Below are positions 12,182 through 24,052 of a stretch of 64,000 nucleotides of DNA, piece after piece. The DNA is from Eledone cirrhosa. Lineage: Eukaryota. The position numbers were made by a program, and so were the translations under genes. The notes beneath the pieces were generated by a model that saw only the letters and a list, made by a program, of their open reading frames with translations, searched no databases and was not told the origin of the DNA. The DNA is taken from the NCBI GenBank assembly GCA_964016885.1, contig CAXHJY010001472.1:310001-374000 (forward strand), given 5' to 3'. Numbering within the stretch: the stretch's first letter is position 1; each line of letters opens with the position of its first letter.

Positions 12182-12999
12182 CGTGTATACATCTGAAAAT
12201 GTATATATGTATGCAAAGATATAAGTAAACATACATGTATACATATAGATGGACAGTTATGCATATACAATAACTTATTTCTATACATACATATACGACA
12301 AGTAAGGCATGGTGCTGCCAACTCACCAGACCTCCCTCATCATGGACCAGCTAGATCCCAAAATACAGGCCTGCTTGCCAACACACAGTCCCAATAAGTG
12401 TAAGTTACAGCGCAGCTATCTGGACAGACTTGTCTTAAGACTACACACTATCCCACTACATCTTTTGTATACTATATATATACTGTTTATATATATATAT
12501 ACTATATATATATACTGTTTATATATATATATACTATATATATATATACTGTTTATATATATATACACACATATAATTGTGTATTCACACATTATCTTAG
12601 TAATGAAATAATTAATAATTTTAGTAAATTGTTCAAAATTCTTCATTAACCCTTTTGGTAGAAACCCAGCCAAAATTAGTTCTCGTACTATGGAAATGGT
12701 TCCTATCTAAATTAAAGTCTTACAACAAAATTCTATATAACAACCATATGGTAAGTTACTATGTTAGTAATTAACTAACAATTGTGATAAATAGCTCAAA
12801 ATTATTCATAATTAATTGAATTATAAGGTTCATAATTATAATAAAATCTTCAAATAGGCTACGAAACCGGTAAACCTGAAAGGTACACAACACACACACA
12901 TTGCTATAGCGTTTCACCAGCCCCTTCCTTCCTGAATTATTACAGAGATGTGTGTGTATGTAATAATTATTTGTATAATGTGTGTCTATTTATGAATAT

Positions 13000-13695
13000 G
13001 TATGAGTAGATGTGTGTGTGTGTATCACAGTAGATGTGTATGTAACACAGTAGATGTGTATATGTAACAGAGTAGATGTGTGTTTGCATGTAACTCAGTA
13101 TATGTGTATGTAACTCAGTAGATGTGTGTGTGTAACACGGTAGATGTGTGTGTGTAACACGGTAGATGTGTGTGTGTAACACGGTAGATGTGTGTATGTA
13201 ACAGTAGATGTGTATGTATGTAACACAGTAGATGTGTATGTATGTAACACAGTAGATGTGTGTATGTAACACAGTACATGTGTGTGTATGTAACTCAGTA
13301 GATGTGTGTGTATGTAACTCAGTAGATGTGTGTATGTAACACAGTAGATTGTGTGTATGTAACATAGAAGATGTGTGTAACACAGTAGATGTGTGTGTAT
13401 GTAACACAGTAGATCTGTGTGTATGTAACTCAGTAGATGTGTGTGTATGTAACACAGGTGTGTGTATGTAACACAGTAGATGTGTGTATGTAACATAGTA
13501 GATGTGTGTATGTAACACAGTAGATGTGTGTGTATGTAACACAGTAGATGTGTGTGTATGTAACTCAGTAGATGTGTGTGTAACACAGTAGATGTGTATG
13601 TAACGCAGTAGATGTGTGTGTATGTAACCCAGTTGATGTGTGTGTATGTAACACAGTAGATGTGTGTATGTAACATAGTACATGTGTATGTAACT
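13000..13695. repeat. ~20-24 bp minisatellite GTAACACAGTAGATGTG(TG)nTAT
   Basis: Tandem repeats. Also at ~32395-33135, 42180-42920, 51970-52730 and 63015-63735, with copy-number differences. Confidence 0.92.
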
Positions 13696-14224
13696 AAAGT
13701 GTAACGTACGTTACAAATGGACGACAAAATGATTTTAACTTGTTTTTTAACAATTGATGGTGGAAAAGATTTTAAATTGTCTTAACTCAGACCATAAAGG
13801 GCCGCAACACATGGAGTCTGACACTCTTACCGGCTACATAGCCTGGGCGTCTATTTTACCGCGACCGGCTACATAGCATCTTCCTAAAATCTTCCAACAT
13901 AATTTTATACAAGAACCACATGTTAAGTTACTAATAAAATAATTAATAAATAAAAACATTAGTAAGTCCTTCAAATGATATCTCAGTAATGAAATAATTA
14001 ATAATTGTTATAAATACCTCAAAATTCCTCATTAATTAAACCCAAGACAGGTAAAAACTCCAGAGTCTTTCAGTCAGACATGAAACAAATTAATTTCTAA
14101 TGGAAGAAAAGATTTTAAAATCAGCCAAGGGAGATCACTCTCAGCGAATTATTGTAAATCTCGTTCGTGAATTAATCCGGGTTAAATTATTCTGGTGTAT
14201 TTTGTGTGGAGGACACCGGGTTTA

Positions 14225-14325
14225 CGCGGTGATAGCGCGTAATTTAAGAATGTATGGTTCGTGAGTTCGAATCCCAGACCGGGCGGTCTTGTTTTGTCTC
14301 GCTGAATCGCCCTGAGAACTGCGTA
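14225..14325 (+). mobile_element. Degenerate tRNA-derived SINE fragment
   Basis: B box GTGAGTTCGAATCCCAGACCGGGC resembles the SINE head at ~3940-3965. Confidence 0.5.
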
Positions 14326-14329
14326 TATA

Positions 14330-14850
14330 CTAGTGACTATCAGACATGGGGAGTCTAGGACTACATTATCTAATGTACAGTACAGTAGTTAATATTGGTG
14401 GCTATCAGACGTAGTGTATCTAGGACTACATTATCTAGTGTACAGTATAGTAGTTAGTATTAGTAGCTATCACACATAGTGTATCTAGGACTACATTATC
14501 TAATGTACAGTAGTTAGTATTAGTAGCTATCAGACATAGTGTATCTAAGACTACATTATCTAATATACGTACAGTAGTTAGTATTAGTGACTATCAGACA
14601 TAGTGTATCTAGGACTACATTATCTACAGTACAGTATAGTAGTTAGTATTGGTGGCTCTCAGACATAGTGTATCTAGGACTACATTATCTAATCTACAGT
14701 ACAGTAGTTTGTATTAGTGGCTGTGTGCCATAGTGGTGTATCTAGGACTACATTATCTAATGTACAGTAGTTAGTATTATTGGCTATCAGATACAGTGTA
14801 TCAAGGACTACATTAGCTAATGTACAGTATAGTATTTACTATTAGTGGTA
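14330..14850. repeat. ~60-65 bp minisatellite, about 8 copies
   Basis: Recurrent core CTATCAGACATAGTGTATCTAGGACTACATTATCTAATGTACAG. Confidence 0.9.
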
Positions 14851-15240
14851 ATGTTGTTATATATATTTTCATGTATATAATTACTGTATCGTTGAAAGGT
14901 TCACATAATTATATTATATTATTTACACACATTAATAAAGACATTAAGTAAATCTTTGTTAACTTACCTCCTTCAAATATAATCAATGTGTTGTGTTGTT
15001 AGTTGTTACTAAACAACCAAAGAAATAATCTCTTTGTTATCAAATTAGAAGTTTCAAAGATGTTATCAGCTTTATTTCACGACATTAACGTTCGTGTATC
15101 TTCTTCATCTTTAGTCATAAATTGATATCTTGTCAGAATGAAGTAGTGAGGCTGACTTTATGTCTAGCTACAGATTTGATAGGAAATATATATATATTAG
15201 GTTGATATGTGGTCTAAAGTATATATATTGTCTATAAATG

Positions 15241-15578
15241 ACTGATAGCAGATGTTCTGGTGAAATAGTAGTTTTACTACCACAGACTGTAATGGAACTC
15301 CTAGTAGACACAATTGTAAAGCAAAAATAGATATGACACCGAGTACCCGCCGTCTTCATTATAACTTTAATTAATCTAATGTCTATCTTCATTATAACTT
15401 TAATTAATCTAATTATATCTCTTGTGTAACAATTATATATATATATAGACACAATTTTCTTTTGCCGACATCAGTCTTACACTGTCATCCATTCCTACTT
15501 TACAATTGTGTCCACCAAGAGTTCCATTACAATCTGTAGCAGTAAAACCACTATTTCACCAGAACATCTGCTATCAGT
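15241..15578. mobile_element. MITE-like element with ~90-bp imperfect terminal inverted repeats
   Basis: ACTGATAGCAGATGTTCTGGTGAAATAGT...ACAATTGTAAAG on the left; its reverse complement ends CACCAGAACATCTGCTATCAGT. Confidence 0.72.
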
Positions 15579-15730
15579 TATATATGTATATACATATATA
15601 TATGTATATAAAAGCTAAACAGAAATAACAACACAATCGGTACAGTATATCGGTACACTTGATATAGCAGGAAGAGGGTCTTTGGACGCTAGTCCTTCAT
15701 CAGAAGAAAGAATGAGAAATATATATATAT

Positions 15731-16499
15731 TAAAGTTTAGAACCCCAATGTCGATTTATTTCATTTTATTTTTAATTTAATTTAATTTAATTTTGAAAGT
15801 AGGTTTATAAATATTAATTTTCAGTAAATCTTTGTAGCTTAATGGGATGTACCAGAGATGGTGAGATCCTGGTCTCAGTGTTCAATTGTGGTCTCTGCAT
15901 TGAATCGAGGATTAAGGTTCAATCCTGGCCGTTGAGATACACATAAGGAATAATATTAATCTTTTTTAATTTTCCTTCTATATCTTTTTGAAAAAGAGAA
16001 CCCCTACTTATTTAATTATATTTAATTTAATTTTTTATTTTAGTTAAATTGTTGAAACTACGGCCAATCTAAAGGTTGAGGAGATAATATAATGTTTATT
16101 TCATCTGTCTCCTCCAAATTTAGATTGCCAGTGGTTTCGACAATTTCACTAAAATAAAAATAAAATTAAATTAAATTAATTAAATTATATTAGATAAATA
16201 GACATTGGGGTTCTCACCAAAGATTTTCAGTTTTTTCTAAGAGATGTAAAAAGGAAACATTAGACATGTGTCCAAGCAAGGATTGAACCCATGTCCTGGA
16301 TTGAACCTACAGACAAGGATCTCACCATCTCTGGTACTTCCCACTAAGCCACCAAGACTGCTACAAGGGTCTACTCAAATTTAATATTTATAAACCTACT
16401 TTCAAAATAAAATTAATTTAATTTAAAAATGAAATAAAATAAATAGACATTGGGGTTCTCACAAAACTTTTTCAGTTTTTTTTCTAAGAAATGTCAAAG

Positions 16500-16502
<3 letters not shown>
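15731..16502. mobile_element. Complete foldback element (~770 bp) flanked by (TA)n
   Basis: Left end AAAGTTTAGAACCCCAATGTC and right subterminal GACATTGGGGTTCTC. Imperfect inverted arms around a centre at ~16095. Confidence 0.75.
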
Positions 16503-16539
<37 letters not shown>

Positions 16540-16608
16540 TATGAAGAGAAAAGAAACATTTAGATATAATTAGTAATAAAATGTATCATACCTAAACTGC
16601 TCCTAAAT

Positions 16609-16698
16609 TCGTCGACTACGTAGTTTCGTGGCATAAACAAAAACAATATATCATAAAGATATAGAGTCCCTGCGAGGTCTACCGACTTATCAAGAGGA
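16609..16698 (-). ncRNA. Type I hammerhead ribozyme, U3-A8 core variant (copy A)
   Basis: Minus strand: TCCTC-TTGATAA-GTCGGTA...TGCCAC-GAAAC-TACGTA-GTC-GACGA. Core intact, one stem I mismatch. Predicted cleavage after the C at 16614. Confidence 0.72.
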
Positions 16699-17203
16699 TA
16701 CCTCATTTTACTAGTCTCAAGAACGCGTCTACACGACGTGAGAAAGAATCCCAAAAGGCGGAGGGGGAGATAGTCACGCGATATAACGGTCGAGAAACAG
16801 AGCTAAGCCTCTTATAACCTCGAAGAAAATACCACGGAGGCGGAGGGGGTATTTATATCGAGGCCGCAGAAGAGGTGGTGAAGAAGGCGAGAAGTATGGG
16901 TAATGGAAGCCTTCCAGCTGTCCCCACACTTCAAAGATTGCTCGACCAGAGGGAGTTATTAACAATATATTTAGAAACACACAGATACATGCGGACACAC
17001 ACATATATACATGAATGCATCCGCACCCAACTGCGAGTTAAGGGTGCCAACTTCACCTATGTTGCTCAATGAATGACTGGGACAGACCAATTCAGTTGAA
17101 CTAGACTGAACCAGTATCAGAGTTAGAAATACATTATGAAGAGAGAAGAAACATTTAGATATAATTAGTAATAAAATGTATCATACCTAAACTGCTCCTA
17201 AAT

Positions 17204-17293
17204 TCCTCGACTACGTAGTTTTGTGGCATAAACAAAAACAATATATCATAAAGATATAGAGTCCCTGCGAGGTCTGCCGACTTATCAAGAGGA
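17204..17293 (-). ncRNA. Type I hammerhead ribozyme, U3-A8 variant (copy B, G12A lesion)
   Basis: Minus strand: TCCTC-TTGATAA-GTCGGCA...TGCCAC-AAAAC-TACGTA-GTC-GAGGA. Stem I is perfect, but GAAAC is changed to AAAAC. Confidence 0.65.
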
Positions 17294-17410
17294 TACCTCA
17301 TTTTACTAGTCTCAAGAACGCGTCTACACGACGTGAGAAAGAATCCCAAAAGGCGGAGGGGGAGATAGTCACGCGATATAACGGTCGAGAAATATATATA
17401 TATATATATA

Positions 17411-18452
17411 TTAAAGTTTAGAACTCCAATGTCGATTTATTTCATTTTATTTTTAATTTTATTTTATTTTATTTTATTTAATTAATTTTATTTAAAAATA
17501 AAATAAAATAAATATACATTGGGGATCTCACAAAACTTTTTCAATTTTTTTTTCTAAGAAATGTCAAAGGAATATCATGCTAGCGTGGAAGAACGGACGT
17601 AAAACGGTGATGATGATGATGATGATATATATATATATGAAAGTTTAGAACCCCAATGTCGATTTATTTCATTTTATTTTTAATTTAATTTAATTTAATT
17701 AATTTTATTTTAAAATAAAATAAAATAAATAGACATTGGGGTTCTCACAAAACTTTTTCAGTTTTTTTTTCTAAGAAATGTCAAAGGAATATATATATAT
17801 ATATTAAAGTTTAGAACCCCAATGTCTCTTTATTTCATTTTATTTTTAATTTAATTTAATTTAATTAATTGAATTTTGAAAGTAGGTTTATAAATATTAA
17901 TTTTCAGTAAATCTTTGTGTCAGTCTCGGTAGCTTAGTGTGAAGTACCAGAGATGGTGAGATCCTGTTCAGTCCTGGTCTGAGGGTTGAATTGAGGACTG
18001 AGGTTCAATCCTGGTCCATGAGATACATGTAAGGTGTAATGTTAATCTTTTTTTAATTTTCTTTCTATATCTCTTTGAAAAAGAGAACCCCTATTTATTT
18101 AATTATATTTAATTTCATTTTTTATTTTAGTTAAATTGTCGAAAACATTGAAGATCTAAAGGTCGAGGAGACAATATGTCTATTTTATCTGTCTCCTCTA
18201 ACTTTAGATCACCAGTGGTTTCGACAATTTAACTAAATTAAATTAAATTAAATTAATTAAATTATATTAGATAAATAGACATTGGGGTTCTCACCAAAGA
18301 TTTTCAGTTTTTTCTAAGAGATGTAAAAGGAAAATTAAAAATGAAAGTAGGTTTATAAAAATTAATTTTCAGTAAGTCTTTGTGTCAGTCTCGGTAGCTT
18401 AGTGGGAAGTACCAGAGATGGTGAGAACCTTGTCTGTAAGTTTAATCCAGGA
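17411..18452. mobile_element. Cluster of foldback derivatives: two ~150-160 bp deleted copies and one rearranged long copy
   Basis: Same termini at 17411-17572, 17640-17789 and from 17804, separated by (TA)n. A ~50-bp RTE-type tail sits at 17576-17626. Confidence 0.7.
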
Positions 18453-21400
18453 CTTTAGCTGAGATTTGGCTTAGATTTAGTGTTGATTTAGCTTAGCTTT
18501 AGCTTAGATTTAGCCTACATTTAGCTTAGATATAGCTTTTATTTAGCTTAGATTTAACTTAGATTTAGCTTAGATTTAGCTGAGATTTGGTTTAGAATTA
18601 GCTTAGATTAAGCTTAGATTTAGGTTAGATTTAGGTTAGATTTAGGTGAGATTTAGCTGAGATTTAGCTTAGATTCAGCTTAGGTTTAGCCTAGATTTAA
18701 ATTAGATTTGGGCGAGATTTAGCTTAGATTTAACTTAGATTTATGTGTGATTTAGCTTAGATTTAGTTTAGATTTAGCTTAGATTTGGCTTAGATTTAAC
18801 TCAGATTTAACTTAGATTTAGCTGAGATTTAACTTAGATTTAGGTTAGATTTAGCTGAGGGCTAGCTAAGATTTAGCTTAGATTTAACTGAGATTTGGCT
18901 TAGATTTAGGTGAGATTCAGCTTAGATTTAGCTGAGATTTAGCTTGGATTTAGGTTAGATTTAGCTGAGGGTTAGCTAAGATTTAGCTGAGATTTAGCTT
19001 AGATATTAGCTTATATTTATATCAGATTTAGCTTAGATTTAGCTGAGATTTGGCTTAGATTTAGGTGAGATTCAGCTTAGATTTAGCTGAGATTTAGCTT
19101 ACGTTTAGTCTAGATTTAGCTGAGATTTGGCTTAGATTTAGGTGAGATTCAGCTGAGATTTAGCTTAGATTTAGTTTACATTTAGTCTAGATTTGGGCAA
19201 GATTTACCTTAGATTTGGCTTCGATTTAGCTTAGATTTAGCCTACATTTAGCTTAGATATAGCTTTTATTTAGCTTAGAGTGAGATTTAGCTTAGATTTA
19301 GCTCAGATTTAGATTAGATATACCTCAGATTTAGCTTAGATTTAGCTTACATTTAGGTTAGAATTAGCTTAGATTTAGCTTAGATTAAGCTTAAAATTAG
19401 CTAAGATTTAGGTTAGATTTAGCTTAGATTTAGGTGAGATTTAGCTTAGATTTAGCTGAGATTCGGCTTAGATTTCGCTTAGATTTAGCTTTGATTTAGC
19501 TTAGATTTAGCTTAGATTTAGGTGAGATTTAGCTTAGATTTAGCTTAGATTAAGCTTAGATTTTGCTAAGATTTAGCTAGATTTAACTGAGATTTAGGTG
19601 AGATTTAGCTTAGTTTTAGCTTAGGTTTAGCCTAGAATTAACTTAAATTTATGTGAGATTTATCTTAGATTAAGCTAATATTTAGGTTAGATTTAGGTTA
19701 GATTTAGCTTGTATTTAACTTTGATTTAGCTTAGATATAGGTGAGATTTAGCTTAGATTTAGCTAAGATTTAGCTTAGATTTAGCTTAGATTTAGCCTAG
19801 ATTTAGCTTATATTAACTTAGATTAAGGTAAGATTTAGCTTAGATTTAGGTGAGATTTAGCTTAGATTTAGGCGAGATTTAGCTTAGATTTATGTTAGAT
19901 TTAGTTTATATTTAGCTTAGATTTAGCTAATATTTAGCTGAGGTTTTGTTTAGATGTAGATCAGATTTAGCTTAGATTTAGCTAATATTTAGTTTAGATT
20001 TAGCTTAGATTTAGCCGAGATTTAACTTAGATTTACATCAGAATTAGCTTAGATTTAGCTTAGATTTAGGTGAGATTTAGCTTAAATTTAGCTTAGATTT
20101 ACCTTCGATTTAGCTGAGATTTAGTGTTGATTTAGCTTAGCGTTACCCTAGATTTAGCTTAGATGTAGCTTTTATTTAGCTGAGATTTAGGTGAGATTAG
20201 GTTTAGATTTATCTTAGATTTAGCTTAGAATTAGCTTTCATTTAGCTTAGATTTAGGTGAGATTTCGCTTAGATTTAAATGAGACTTAGCTTAGATTTAA
20301 ATGAGACTTAGCTTAGATTTAGCTGAGATTCAGCTTAGTTTTAGCTTAGATTTATGTGAAATTTAGCTTAGATTTAGCTTAGAATTAGCTTTGATTTAGC
20401 TTAGATTAAGCTTAGGTTTAGCCTAGAATTAACTGAAATTTATGTGAAATTTATCTTAGATTAAGCTAATATTTAGGTTAGATTTAGCTTATATTAACTT
20501 AGATTTAGCTTAGATATAGGTGAGATTTACCTTAGATTTAGCTAAGATTTAGCTTAGATTTAGCTTAGAATTACCTGAGTTTCGGCTTAGATTTAGCGTA
20601 GCTTTAGCTTCGATTTAGCCTAGATTTAGCTTAGATTAACTTAGATTTAGGTAAGATTTAGGTTAGATTTACCTTAGATTTGGGTTAGATTTAGCTTATA
20701 TTTAGCTTAGATTTAGGTGGGGATGTAGCTTAGATTTATCTTTTATTTAGCTTAGATTTAGCTAATATTTAGCTGAGATTTAGTTTAGATGTAGATCAGA
20801 TTTAGCCTAGATTTAGCTTAAATTGATCTAATATTTAGGTTAGATTTAGCTTAGATTTAATTTAGATTTAGCTAAGATTTGGCTTAGATTTAGCTGAGAT
20901 TTGGCCTAGATTTACTTAAGATTTAGGTTAGATTATGCTTAAATTAAGCTTAGATTCAGCTTAGACTTAGGTTAGATTTAGGTGAGATTTAGCTTAGATT
21001 TAGCTTAGAATTAGCTTTGATTTAGCTTAGATTTGGCTAAGATTTAGTTTAGATTTAGCTTAGATTTAGCCGAGATTTAACTTAGATTTACATCAGATTT
21101 AGCTTAGATGTAGCTTAGATTTAGGTGAGATTTAGCTTAGATTTAGCTGAGATTTAGTGTTGATTTAGCTTAGATTTAACTAAGATTTAGCTTAGATATA
21201 GCTTTTATTTAGCTTAGATTTAGGTGAGATTAACTTAGATTTAGCTAAGATTTAGCTTAGATTTAACTAAGATTTAGCTTACATTTAGGTTAGAATTAGG
21301 TCAGATTTAGCTTAGATTTAGTTTAGATTAAGCTTAGATTTAGCTTAGGTTAAGCTTAGGTTTTACCTAGATTTAACTTAGATTTATGTGTGATTTAGCT

Positions 21401-22640
21401 TAGATTTAGCTTAGATTTAGCTGAGATTTAAATTAGGATTTAGTTTAGATTTAGCTTACATTTACATAAGATATAGCTTAGATTTAGCTTCGATTTAGCT
21501 TAGATTTACCTTAGATTTAGCTGAGATTTGGCTTAGATTTAGCCTACATTTAGCTTAGATATAGCTTTTATTTAGCTTAGAGTGAGATTTAGCTTAGATT
21601 TAACTTAGATTTACCTCAGATTTAACTTAGATTTACCTCCGATTTAGCTGAGATTTGGTTTAGATTTAACTTAGGTTTAGGTTAGAATTTGATTTAGCTT
21701 AGATTAAGCTTAGATTTAGCTAAGATTTAGGTTAGATTTAGCTTAGATTTAGGTGAGATTTAGCTTAGATTTAGCTGAGATTTGGCTTAGATTTAGCGTT
21801 GATTTAGCTTAGATCTAGCTGAGATTTAGCCTACATTTAGCTTAGATATAGCTTTTATTTAGCTTAGAGTGAGATTTAGCTTAGATTTAACTTAGATTTA
21901 CCTCAGATTTAACTTAGATTTACCTCAGATTTAGCTTAGATTTAGCTGAGATTTGGTTTAGATTTAGCGTAGATTTAGATTAGAATTAGCTTAGATTTAG
22001 CTTAGATTAAGCTTAGATTTAGCGTAGATTTAGGTGAGATTTAGCTTAGATTTATGTGAGATTTAGCTTAGATTTAGCTTAGAATTAGCTTAGATTTGGC
22101 TTAGATTTAGTTTAGATTTAGCTTAGATTTAGCTGAGATTTAACTTAGATTTACATCAGATTTAGCTTAGATTTAGCTGAGATTTGGCTTAGATTTAGAT
22201 GAGATTTAGGTTAGATTTAGCCTATATTTAAATTAGATTTGGGCGAGATTTACCATACATTTAGCTCATATTTAGGTTAGATTTAGGTTAGATTTAGCTG
22301 AGATTTGACTTAGATTTAGTGTTGATTTAGCTTAGCTGTAGCTTAGATTTACCCTAGATTTAGCTTAGATTTAGCTAAGATATAGCTTTTATTTAGCTTA
22401 GATTTAGCTAAGATTTAGCTTAGATTTAACTAAAATTTACCTCAGATTTAGCTGAGATTAGGTTCAGATTTAGCTTAGATTTAGATTAGAATTAGCTTCG
22501 ATTTAGCTAAGATTAGGTTAGATTTAGCTTAGATGTAGGTGAGATTTAGCTTAGATTTAGCTTCGATTTGGCTTAGATTTAGCTTTGATTTAGCCTAGAT
22601 TTAGCTTAGATTAACTTAGATTTAGGTTAGATTTAGCTTT
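18453..22640. repeat. 11-bp satellite, consensus GATTTAGCTTA, ~4.2 kb, diverged
   Basis: Continuous 11-bp periodicity with variants GATTTAGGTGA, GATTTAACTTA and GATTTAGCTGA. Confidence 0.95.
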
Positions 22641-22732
22641 GTATCTATCTAATTACTTGTCAGTTAAAAGCTAGCCTTTATTTTCACATATTAGAGAAAG
22701 CCACAATGCTGAATTACATGACCTTATAGGAG

Positions 22733-23430
22733 CGAGAGAGAGAGAGAGGGAGGGAGAGAGAGAGAGAGAGAAGGGGAAGGAGAGAGAGAGACTAAAAGAG
22801 AAAGAGCCAGAGAGATAGATGTAGGAGAGAGAGAGACTAAAATAGAAAGAACCAGAGAGATAGATGTAGGGAAGAGAGAGAGAGTCAGAGAGAGACTAAA
22901 AGAGAAAGAGCCAGAGAGATAGATGTAGGAGAGAGAGAGAGACTAAAAGAGAAAGAGCCAGAGAGATAGATGTAGGAGAGAGAAGAGGGAGGGAGAGAGA
23001 GAGAGCCAGAGAGAGATTAAAAGAGAAAGAGCCAGAGAGATAGATGTAGGAGAGAGAAGGAGAGAGAGAGAGACTAAAAAAGAGCCAGAGAGATAGATGT
23101 AGGAGAGAGAGGGAGGGAGAGAAGGAGATAGATGTAGGAGAGAGAGAGAGAGGGACTAAAAGAGAAAGAGCCAGAGAGATAGATGTAGGAGAGAGAAGAG
23201 AGAGAGAGAGGGAGAGAGAGAGAGAGCCAGAGAGAGACTAAAAGAGAAAGAGCCAGAGAGATAGATGTAGGAGAGAGAAGGAGAGAGAGAGACTAAAAAA
23301 GAGCCAGAGAGATAGATGTAGGAGAGAGAGGGAGGGAGAGAAGGAGATAGATGTAGGAGAGAGAGAGAGAGAGGGACTAAAAGAGAAAGAGCCAGAGAGA
23401 TAGATGTAGGAGAGAGAAGAGAGAGAGAGA
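22733..23430. repeat. GA-rich minisatellite (GAGACTAAAAGAGAAAGAGCCAGAGAGATAGATGTAGGA with variable (GA)n)
   Basis: Directly visible tandem repeats. Confidence 0.9.
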
Positions 23431-24052
23431 GCGGTGGGGAGCGGGGATGGGGTTATGTTAGCCATCCGCGGTCGAAACAAAGAGGAGGAACCCTTGCATT
23501 CTCGTCCATGAGGTGGATTTGTCTTTATGTATGTATATATATATATATATGTATGTATGTGTGTGTATGTATGTATATGTATATATGAGTGTATATGTAT
23601 ATGTATGTATATGTATGTGTATGTATGTGTATATGTATATGTGTGTGTATGTATATATGTGTGTATGTATATATGTGTGTGTATGTATATATATATATAT
23701 ATATGTATGTGTATGTATATGTATATGTATGTATATGTATGTATGTGTATATGTATATATGTATGTATATGTGTGTATGTATGTATATATATATGTATAT
23801 ATGTATGTATGTATATGTATATATATGTATGTATATGTATATATGTATGTATGTATATGTATATATGTATGTATGTATATGTATATATACGTGTGTATAT
23901 GTATATATACTTATGTGTATATGCTTATGTATGTGTATGTATGTATATGTATATATATGTATGTATATGTGTATGTATGTATGTATGTATGTGTATATAT
24001 GTATGTATGTATATATATATGTATGTATATGTATGTGTATGTATATGTATAT

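Larger units (their letters stand above)
16536..17392 (-). mobile_element. Non-coding retrozyme / Penelope-pLTR-like element: 262-bp direct repeats (16536-16797, 17131-17392), 595-bp period, inside (TA)n
   Basis: Near-identical direct repeats each hold a hammerhead motif. (TA)n flanks both sides and there is no credible ORF. Confidence 0.72.

Noticed and set aside
12182-12326. N-terminal extension of the 418-427 aa RT ORF as a domesticated gene start
   Set aside because: It is low-complexity flank read through upstream of the 5' truncation; the element has a stop and frameshift in all copies.
12855-12885. GAAACCGGT as half of a hammerhead
   Set aside because: No upstream CUGANGA or UUGANAA core with stem II, and no stem I pairing.
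13000-14850. CRISPR-like repeat arrays
   Set aside because: No unique spacers or cas genes; these are eukaryotic minisatellites.
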